This document shows positions 12,301 through 22,800 of a stretch of DNA of 32,000 nucleotides, one piece after another. The translations under genes and the position numbers were made by a program. Below the pieces are notes generated by a model. That model did not search any database. It was not told the DNA's origin and worked only from the letters and a program-made list of their open reading frames with translations. The stretch's first letter is position 1; each line of letters opens with the position of its first letter. The DNA is from Zygophlyctis sp. KS116 (taxonomy: Eukaryota; Fungi; Chytridiomycota), in assembly GCA_054661495.1 (NCBI GenBank), contig BAAFSQ010000089.1:4306-36305 (forward strand). The letters are read 5' to 3'.

Positions 12301-12565
12301 AGTACGAAAACTGGATTGGACAACTTTGTGAAAATGTAATCTTATTAATCTGACAGTCTATAGTGAAGAAGATGGATTTTACATGTATAATGGAATCCGA
12401 ACCATGGCTGAGCCACGTCCGAATGCATACATTCCCAATTCGATTGGCGTCAATGAACTTCCGATACCAAAACCATATGGCAACTTTGCACCTTACAGAT
12501 CTCAAGAGCTTGGGCCGCAGCTCCGCCATTACAAAAGGCCGGAAGTTAAGCCTGTGCAATTATAA
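9338..12565 (+). CDS. CCDC146: Coiled-coil domain protein 146 / MBO2-like axonemal protein, ~13 exons
   Basis: Coiled coil with YEVVKNERNKY, LLDRNDELCILYE, MMAKVSELSMHQA and the C-terminal AEPRPNAYIP...LPIPKPYG.FAP motif. Inferred introns start at 9526, 9752, 9946, 10138, 10281, 10488, 10904, 11103, 11251, 11375, 11912 and 12336 (24-31 nt). Confidence 0.9.
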
Positions 12566-12593
12566 ATTTAAGGGCGGAGGTTGAAAAAATATA

Positions 12594-13820
12594 ATGTTGT
12601 CATCTACTTTTTCTAACATGGCTATTTCCGATGAGCCAGTAATGACCTTTGTTCCAACTGGAGTGACTGTTGTCGGTGCAAAGAACGTGCAAGCAATGGA
12701 AAGAATGTTTATTTCTCAAACTAAAAACTCAGCAATTGAACCAATTCAGGTATATACTTATACACTCAACAATAGGTTCTCTCTCGAATTGCTAACGATA
12801 ACGGTATTGTTGAAGAAGCTATCCTTCGATTAAATCACGAAGAAAACTTGGATTGGTTGCTTCCTGGAGTTAGACCAACAAACAAATCTATTGCTCTCCC
12901 AATTGTAAGTTCAATTATATAAAAATAGGTGATGATATCTCAAATTGATAATGCTGGATCATTGATGAGTAAACGCTTTTATTGGGATCAGGCATCTGTT
13001 TTAAAGCAATTGGGACTGATTCCTACTTCTGCTTACTGTAAAAGCAACAAGTCTGAAGTTAAACTACCTGTTCTAGATGCTCGAATTGTAAATGGTTTAA
13101 AAGCAATGGAGATGGTTGAAAAGGTTGAACCAGTGACTTCTGATCGTGCAGGTTTAAGTTCTGAAGCTGCCCATTTAGCAACTTTAGGAACTCCGCGTTC
13201 CAGAAAGACCAAGGAAACTTCAGAAATGTCAATGATTATGAATGAATCTCCAGTCTCTTATCGTCCACCTTCTGGTTACAACAGACAGAAGAATGCAAGT
13301 GATGTTTTTTCAACCGAGCCTGTACCTCTAAGAACTAGTGTTGCTATAGATCCACGAAAACATGTATCTTCAATTGATTTTTCTGGTTCTGAAGCTGCTG
13401 ATTTCCATTCTTCTAAAAAGTCTTTTCCTAGTATGAACAATCAGTCTCAATTTTCCTTGTCTCAAGAGTCGTTGTATCAAGAAGAAATTTCCCATGGTAG
13501 AAAGCACTTTCATGATAATAATGAAGAATCATCTAAAGAAGTGCAATACGCTGGTAAGAGAATGTATCAGAATGCTTCTGATGAATCTTCTCATGACTTG
13601 CCAATTCCTAACAGAGGAAGAAGAATGTATTCAAACCAATCCAGCATTGGGTATGAAACTACTGAAAGACCAGTGAGCGCCAGTTTAAAGCGTCGGGATC
13701 CAAATGCACGATCAGAAGAGCATTTACTTGGAATTGTTCCCTCATCTCGGTATTTTATATTTAATAATATTTAGAGTTTTATCTGCTCCTGGAGGAAAGA
13801 CTTCTATAGTTTTTGGATAA
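12594..13820 (+). CDS. Uncharacterised protein: N-terminal NTF2/SnoaL-like domain plus disordered C-terminus ending in a PGG..S..FG motif, 4 exons
   Basis: Spliced ...LDWLLPGVRPTNKSIALPIVMI...RFYWDQASVLKQLGLIP, then low-complexity sequence ending SSRVLSAPGGKTSIVFG*. Introns 12750-12775, 12905-12928, 13750-13774. Confidence 0.75.
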
Positions 13821-13882
13821 ACAGAAGATGTGTGTCTGAATTAAATATAACAACAGTTATGTCATTATTAACCCTTTGAGAA

Positions 13883-14365
13883 ATGGCCACTTGGGAAGAA
13901 CGCTGGTCAAAGTCCAAACAGCGAATCTACTATTTGAACACAGAGACTAAAGAGTCTTGTTGGGAGAGACCCGATGGCGATATAATCCCTTTTAAGCCTG
14001 ATTCATCTCAAGTTCAGGCATCACATTTGCTGGTAAAGCACAGTGGTAGCCGTAGACCATCGTCTTGGAGACAGTCTGAAATTACAAGAAGTAAAGAAGA
14101 AGCTATGGAAATAATCCTTGGATACAGGGAAAATATTGTGTCTAAACAAGTCGATTTGGCGACTTTAGCAAAGACAGAGTCTGATTGCTCATCAGCAAAG
14201 GCAGGAGGAAGGTAATTTATGCTAGTAATTGTTAGTTTAGGAGTCTTTGGCAAAGGACAGATGCAACCTGCTTTTGAAAAGGCTGCATTCGCCCTTGAGA
14301 TTGGTGAATTATCAGAGCCAGTAGAGTCTGATTCTGGGATTCATTTGATTTTAAGAACTGGATAA
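13883..14365 (+). CDS. PIN1: Peptidyl-prolyl cis-trans isomerase Pin1/Ess1 (WW + parvulin), 2 exons
   Basis: WW domain [16 protein letters not shown]...WERP; [16 protein letters not shown]; SDCSSAK; GQMQPAFE; [10 protein letters not shown]. Intron 14212-14235. Confidence 0.97.
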
Positions 14366-14505
14366 AATAACTATACCTGTTGATCTGATCTACTATGATC
14401 TACTATATCGATGTCGGATGAATATCTAGATTGGCAAATATCTAGATCAGAAGATTAGTTTTATCGGGGCAATAAGTTCGTAAAATATTCTACATTCTAC
14501 TATTA

Positions 14506-16738
14506 ATGACTCAAGTTTCTAATCTAGAATTTAAATGTCCAAGTCTTGAGTCGCTTGCATCATCCATACACACAGCAGATGATGTTAAATCTATACAGGG
14601 ACTATTGTTTGATTATATTGAAAATGGGAATATTTTAGAGTTGGCTTCAATGCTCAAGGATGATAATATAAATACTGTAGTACTGCAGATTTTACTTATG
14701 AAGACTATTCCTAATGATGATGATGCTTATTGCTTAGAACCGGATCCTGCAGTGGATCATTTGTTGGGGAATTCGTAAGTAAACGCGACTCCAACTGATA
14801 ATAGATTTACAAATCTCAATGCTCTTCAGCTAGTATGTATTATGGGCGACGAGGATATGGCATGCTTAATATTCGATTTTATGGTTCAAAGGACTCTAGA
14901 AATGGATTCAAAAATATTATTACTAGAATTCATACATCGGACATTCGGACAAAATAATACAATCTTGCATTTAGCTGCATATCTTGGCCAAAAGAATTTA
15001 GTCAAGAAATTGATTGAATTTGGAGCAAGTGTTTACGTACGAAATGATAATAACTATAAACGTAATTATTGATTTATTAAATATAGCAATTGATCTTGTG
15101 GATGATCAAGAAACAAGCTTAATATTTACAATGACTCCATCAGGTTTATAAAGAATAATTAATCGTAGCGCCTCCTAGATCAGAATTTAATCACGATACT
15201 CTCCAAAAAAAGTTGACTAGAAAGAATACACCTGCTAAACAAAACATTTCTTTAACAAAAGGCAATTCAAAAAAAGTACATATTCAAGTTTTAATCCAAA
15301 GTTTGTGAAATTTGATAGTTCCAGTATGCTGATGGATATATGTAAAAATGGATTATCACAATCAATGACAGTAAATGAATTAAAAGCAATGATTCATGGA
15401 TGTGACTACTTGGAAATTATCTCACCACAGAAAAACATGTCTTTGGTTCATATCGCATGTAGTTACGGTCATTCAGATATACTTGAAGTCCTTTTAGGAT
15501 ATTCAGCAATGCTCATAAACCATCAAGATGTTGAAGGATGGTCGCCGGCTCACTGTGCGTCGGCTGAAGGGCATGTCAATATATTGCGTTTACTCGGCAA
15601 TTATGGCCCAATGGTTGCAAATGATGGGAATGGTTGGGATTTTTATGCTGAATCTCCAATTGATTTAGCGATTAAAAATTATGACGGTGAAAGTATTGAT
15701 GATGTGGCTCTTCCTGAAAAGAGGGATGAGATATTGCAGGTTTTAAGTGGTAATTATACTCCTTGAATTTCTAGATCTACGTTTAATTCAAAAAAAAAGG
15801 AAATTATCAAGTATTTCGGACAAAATCATAGTACATGATGATGTTACGTGTATGATTAATTAATTATCTTTGATCTAATATCTAGGTGTACTGGAGTCAT
15901 CAATTGAAAGTTTGCATAATAGTATTTTAGGATCAATCAAGGATGCATTATTTCTTTCAAATGACTCTACTCTTTTTGCTCCAGTTTCAGAAAATCAAAA
16001 AACTCATGTTTTCACTGGTATTTTATTTTTAAATCATTCCAAGATTATGAAAAGGAATCCGATCCGAAGACATCAATTACGCAACCTAAATTTACAAACG
16101 GTAAGCAATTTTCAGTGATTTATTTAAAGATATACGCAATCAAATTGAACTTAATTTCAATTCAAATTCTCAGTTTACTGATTTAAACTCAAAGATTTGT
16201 AATAGTAATGATACATTGAAGTCGCAATCAGAAGCACCTTTTATATTGGATTTAGGAAAAGTCACCAATAACGATTCCGAGTTGACCTCTGTTTACGATG
16301 AATTATTACAAACCAATCTTGATCTTGTATTAGGCTCTAATGGGACGTTATGTGATGGTAATTATATCTCACAATAAAGACACAGATAAAGACAAAATTG
16401 ATTTATCTATAAAAAACAAGCTAGAAAGCTTTCCAGAATCAGATGCTACAGTTTACACAAATCTCATCAATCCAATACGACCAGAATCAAATCAGAATTT
16501 AGAAGCAATCAAATATAATTCCAGAAATCCATTTTTGGAACTTATCTTCAGTTCACAATCAGAGGAGTGGAAACCTTCATCTCCATATATCCATGGCAAA
16601 GAATCTGATAATATGTATTCGATAGACATAAAAGATGCATCACAAAACAATTCTAGAGAATTTCAGAAGCTTAAAAGCTCAAGCGGATTAAGTATTCAAG
16701 AAAGAATAAGAAGACTGAATCAATTGGGGGTTCAATGA
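14506..16738 (+). CDS. Ankyrin-repeat protein, candidate PP1 regulatory subunit (MYPT/PPP1R12/16-like central part), ~10 exons
   Basis: Ankyrin repeats NTILHLAAYLG, SLVHIACSYGHSDIL, GWSPAHCASAEGHVNIL; KKFVKFD precedes the second ankyrin cluster. Inferred introns start at 14775, 15062, 15144, 15276, 15750, 15850, 16018, 16101 and 16358. The 3' exons are low-complexity and less certain. Confidence 0.75.
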
Positions 16739-16802
16739 CTAAACAATTAAATAAAAATCGTACCTGATATAAATATAGATTGTGCTTGGTCATAGCACTT
16801 GC

Positions 16803-19800
16803 TTATTGTTTTGGTTTTTTACAAGAACTTCGCTTGCAAAAGAGTTCAAAAGATATTTGGTCTAGCGTTCTTTCCAAGCTACTCCCCATGAATAAATTTC
16901 TAAATCCTCGCTTATCATAGAAAAATCGGGCTCCATCAATAGCATGCTGATTTTGGATCAGTTTATCAGCCAGTTGCTTTTGCGAAATATCACTTAGATC
17001 GGTATGACCGTCAAAGAGCTCAAGAAGAGCGTGTATGGTATCTGGAAAATCTTTAACTTTACTGATGAGTCCAGCATAAACAGAGTCTTCTGGCTTCCTT
17101 TCTAATCCACCTTTCACACAGTTCAGATCGAAAAATATTGGTTCGTTAGGATGTCTCTTTTCATTTTTTCTGGATCTGAAAACATTAGCGATTTGATCCG
17201 CTTCCCTAGCTGACAATATAATGATTTTTTGATTAGAGGGGAAATAAAGCCCATGTCGCACGGCACGCAGATAATCATCAAGCTTTTGATGTTCCAAAAG
17301 AGGAAATGAAAAGTTTTTTGTGAGATATATATCATTCGATTTCCAATTAATATGCTGCACGTTGGTTTCAGAAATGTGCCTTTTTAAGAATTCCGAAATT
17401 TGCATAGATCGGCCAATGTTAGAAGTTTCCGGGAGCGGATGAGCAAACAGGACGTCATAGTCCCAATCGTCTTCATCAGCAGGAGATAACTTGGGTAACT
17501 GCACTTCTTTTTCCTCCTCGATTTCCTTTTCATGTTCTAATTCCCTTTCCACTTGGTCAATGCAACTATAAGAGCTTTGAAAGACGTCACCTCCAAAATT
17601 ATCTAAACTATATTTCAGAGTTTGTGTGATATGAGAGCTTTTCTGAAGGCAAGACGAAGGTATACTGTGGAGCTTGCGTGAACTAAAATTCTGTATGGAG
17701 TCTGAAATCTTCTCACATTCATACATATCGGTTAAACTTGTTAGCTCTTTCTGTCGTGGTTCAAGCAAAAACTGAATTCCTTGACTACTATAATGACCCA
17801 GACTTTCACCAATCCATTTTATAGAATTCAAAAAAGTATATAGAATAACATGCTGCATCATAATTGAAACGCCGTTTGTCATACCAATAGAATCTCTCAG
17901 TATCACCTCTACTTCCGTAGTAGTCGTCACAATCATAGTTTGACCATAGTCCAGTTTCCTCAAACGTCCAGCAGCCTGCATCAGGTCTTCTTTCCTCATT
18001 TTGGGGCCGATTGTCAGAATTGCTTTTGCAGTTGTTTTAAGCTTCATATCTGCTCCCCTACATCTGCTTTGATCATAAATAACAAACGCTTCTGACTCGT
18101 GAATCGGGCTTGTCTCTAATGAGCAAAATCTCCCTTTTCGATCTATAATTGTCCAAGTTTGATTTTCCGTTGAGAAAAAAACAACACCTTTGAAGTTAGA
18201 TTTCGCTAAGGCATGCAAAAATTTTACTGCCACCTCCTTATTGGAATAACCGCATAGTAATGCACCAGCATCGATAAAAGCGACTGCACCCCTACTGAGA
18301 GCCAAATTTATCAGTTGATCCACAATATCTCTTTTTAATAAGGCATCTGGAATTGATTCATAACACGCATTTTTCATTAAATGATCGATCATCTTACCAT
18401 CTGTGGCTGCTAAAGAAATGTTTTTTGCATTTTGAAGATACAGAGGGTTTGGCAGAAACATACATGAATCAACAGTCCCAGAAAACCCACATTGAAAGTC
18501 GGATTTATTGGTGTCTGTTAGGTGCCAAGAATTTGCAGCGAGTTTGCCCGGGAAAATCATTGTCTGGGTGGGGAAAACGACGTAGCCCAGCCAGAAATTG
18601 ATAAGAGGCATACTTTTTTCATACATTTCGTATAGCAGATTTCGTTGAACGAGATTTGCCAGGTCAATCTTTTCAACAGAATCAACTTCATGTTTAGCCC
18701 CATGCGATATAACATAAAGATCATATATTTGCTGATAAACGCTTTTTCGGAAATTTGGGCCAGATTGGAGTAGAGCGGAAAAAGCAGAATACAATTGCTT
18801 CTTATCAAGTCCCCGGCTATAATATGAAATTATAGTAAGTCCAATCGCACAATCAGGCTGGGCGAATTCACTCCTAAGGACCGGTAAATTAGCTGCTCTG
18901 AAAGGTATAGCCATTGGAGTTTTATGTCCATCAACAACTCCGTAGTTAACGTTGTAGCGCAAAATTAAGCAATGTGACAATATACCATGAGCTAGGAAGC
19001 CCCGCAAGGCTAAAATATCGTTATAATGGTCAGCTCGTTCAAACTCTGACTCATGTACAATTGTTGAGACTGCTGTATCTGTGATGAAAGTAATTATTCT
19101 TCCTATCAGATCTTTATCTGTCAATCTATTCATCCAATCTAATGAGAAATGAAGAATTATATCTGTGGATGAAACTATGGTTTTGCTGAAAAGCGAACGC
19201 GCTAATACATTTGTGAATTCGGGAAGTATCTTTTCCAGTGCACGGCAGGGTAGTAGCTGAAGCATATTATATTCTTGCTGCCCAACTTCTATTTGCGATG
19301 AAACTTCCTTACCTGCCAAGTAGTCTTTCACCTCAATTGAGTGTCGAAGATTATAAAAAATGGAAAACATAACTTCCCATCTTCTCTGACCAGCATTTAA
19401 GAGCTCTGGGGTTCCTTCAGCATATACGAGCTGTCTAATTGGATTCATTATTTCGTCAGCTTCATCATAAATGTTCACAAAAGGTATAGAGTCTATCTGT
19501 TCGAGAATCTGACTGACTAAATTGGGTTTCGCTTCATAAGTTTTCAAATACAGAGACAATCGATATTCTGGAGCTAAAATCAATCCACCTCCTACATTTT
19601 GGCAGTATTTAATACTAGCAAGAAGAGTTCTGGCATTCGGTTCTGTGAGCTCGACATCACGATTGAAGGGCATCAGGAGTAGCTTTTTATTGAATATTCC
19701 AGCAGTTAAAACCCGATGAAAATAGGAAAACCCTTCATTCAGTAAAGCTGAAAGCAGATAAATACTGACTACTTTAGCTTTTTCAGGCCGGGAAAATTCT

Positions 19801-22800
19801 AGAAATAGGCACGGCAAAATAACTCTGGTTTTGCCGAGGCCCATATTCAACTGAGTAACCGAACCTGGATTTTTCAAAATATCGTTGATAATATCCATCT
19901 GCTCCGGGCGAATCTGAATACCTTGGTCTACTTCAAAAGCAAGCCATTCTGGGTGACTCTTGACATTGTATTTTCTGTATGTTTGAATTTCTCGTATCGA
20001 TTCTTCTACTTTTCGATTTTGAAGCAATTCAATAACTCGCTCTATTCGGTCCTCTAAAACGCAAAGCTGCATCCAATCTAGAATCATATTTCTAAAGTAA
20101 TCAAGTTCATCCTTGGTCAGCATTGGGTTAAAACTTGAAAGAATTTCAGGATTGTAAGCTATTTTCGCAATATCCGCTAAAGTAAGATATGGCAACTTAT
20201 TTGAGGCCCTACTGATAATAAAACGGTGATATTCCCATCCTTCACTTCTTGAATGAATATCAGTTTCAGATATAATTTGTTTTTCTAGCTTTTCTCGCTC
20301 ATTAACTATCGATTTCAATATTTTTTGAGTTTCTCTCAAAATTTTCTTTAATGATCCTGAAAGAATGGGCTTCCTTATAGACTTATGCGCATGGTATGAT
20401 TTACTTAATCCTGATATCATATTATTTCCTATTTCTGTTGATATCAAATTCTCTGGCAAATCAAATGGTAAACCATTTTTTGGCAAATCCTCGTGCTCTT
20501 CTAGATCGGAGCAACTTGATTCATTTTCTTCATTATTTAAATACCAATTATCAGAAGTTAAATGAAATAGTTCTCGCTCTTTGGCAGAAATATCCATGAA
20601 CTCATAAGTCGCTTTTTTTACTTCATCCTTGTTATGATGCTGCAATCTTCTTGGGAGGTAAACAATTTCGAGCATATTTTGGCATTCTTCTTCCGTCAAT
20701 TCAGAGCGAATATTTTTGGGAGGATCTTGAGGGCTGATAGGTAGAACATAATGATTTAATGCACATGAAAATTGATTTTTATCCAAAGCAGCATTATCAG
20801 GACTTTTGCCTTCATGAGAAAACATGAATTGGAGTTTTTTTGAATTCTCAAACAGAGAATGAGCTATAAGAACTAGCGCTGAAGGCAAATTTCTAAGTTT
20901 AAGCATTGAATTCAGCATATTAAATTCATCAGGATCAAGAGGCCGGTTAACCCAACAACCTCTCAATAATTGAATCGCCATTTCAAAGCCGGTCATACCA
21001 GTCCACGTTTCTGGAACAGAGCTTCCAGTTGCTGCAAACAAAGAAGCCAGATGGATACGCCCGCAAATATTTGTGGCTTCTAATTGATGAAAGCGTCGAT
21101 GCGGTGAGAATGAATTGTAAGGAAATACGATCTGCGTTATCAAATCAAAAACCTGATTCCGATCCCTTTTTAGTGTCACATCATTATTTTCCAGCTCTAC
21201 CAGATGGTCAGGTACCAATATTTTGCTAGTTCGAGAATCTTTTTCCAATATAAGATAATTCTGGAATCCATTCCAGATTTCCTTCATAATTTGGCTCTTT
21301 TTAACTTTAAACTGTGCGTGGTCTAAAGAGATGAAGTAACTCGATCCACGAGAAAGTTCAAATGTAAGTCGATACCGCACAAACACTATTTTCATGGTCC
21401 GTTTTTCAGTGATGTATACATGAATAAACTCTTTCAGATCAAATTTAGACCACATATTCAGAATCAAATTATTTAGGGGTTCATCCAAGTAAATCATTCG
21501 ATCTAGCTGTCCAATATGATTAGCCAAGTCTATGAAGCTTAGTTTGCGATGCTCTTGGGGGATTAAGAAAAGTTTGCCTCCGACGTAAATGTAATAAACT
21601 TCTCGATTCATAAAAGGAATAGGACGAAAAACTATCAGATTATTATCATCAGATCGCCAATGGGAATATAGCGTTTATAGTCCTATTGGCAGATGCTGTC
21701 CCCATTTATCGATGTTAGCTGAGTCGAGCAGTCTTAACTTGAGTATCATATCTGTAGATGGTTCCTCTTCAAACACTAGTAAATGATTTTGAATAGATTT
21801 AAAGCTATAGTATCGACCTTTAGAAGGATATATAGTCTTTTTAGTTCCGTCATATTCTAATTCAGTGGTAAAGTTCTGATTTTTTCCAAATACTTTAAGA
21901 TACAAAGGATGATTTAAAACATCTAAAGGAAGCCGCCCAGGCGGTTCGCCATTTAATAATGTCGTGCCATTCAGAACATTCAAACTTATATAATATCCGT
22001 CGCTGTTTTTAGTATAATAGCAATATCGGCCATCGAGCTTTGTCCATTTCATATGATTTTCTACCCGGCCAGGAAAAATAATACGAGCGGCTTCTGTTAA
22101 TTGATCATCCTCAAAAACCCATGAATGGAAACTCCGTGCAAGGATAAAGTTTACCCTGCAAATCAACTTTTTTGCGCTAGATTTTAGATTTTGCACATTA
22201 TTATCTTTAGTCATAGTGATTTCGTCTAAAATCAACGTGGCATTTATACGAACAATCAGAGAAAGTATTTTCTTCACTTGATCAGGAGTAAACGATGGCA
22301 CCATTTCATAAGCTAAAACTGCATAAAGAAGAAATAAGTGCTGCTTTGCTTGAGTTCCCTGGAGGATTTCAGCATTTGAAGTATTTCTTGATTTCATTAT
22401 CTCCTGGTCCATATTATTTGCCCAATTAGTAGCTATATTTGAGCTAGTATCTGCTAGCGACACAAAATTACCAGGAGCAAACTGTGAAAGAAAAGAAATT
22501 ATTTCAATTCCAATTAAGAACTCGTGGTGATTTTTCGGTGCATCTTTCAAACGGTCGATAAATATTTCCAGTACTGATTGAAATCTTGAAATCACTTGTT
22601 TATCATACAAAGCTTCCTTCCAGGATTTCACCGCCCCCAATTCATCAGAATAATCTAATTTGCCCAAATGATAAAAAACCAACTGAATCAACTGGTGAGT
22701 CTCACAAAACTTCAACGGTAGAGTCATCCGAGCTAAAGAGTCTAACACATTCATGATTTGCAGTAATGGAAATGCACGAATGTTTCCAAAAGTGATAAAT

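Noticed and set aside
9092-14450. CRISPR-like or satellite arrays
   Set aside because: The repeats are only 2-3 copies of 9-11 bp without regular spacers, in a eukaryotic context.
21660-21720. A tiny intron removing the in-frame TAA
   Set aside because: There is no suitably placed GT donor and AG acceptor pair of 24-36 nt, and the flanking residues read as continuous protein.
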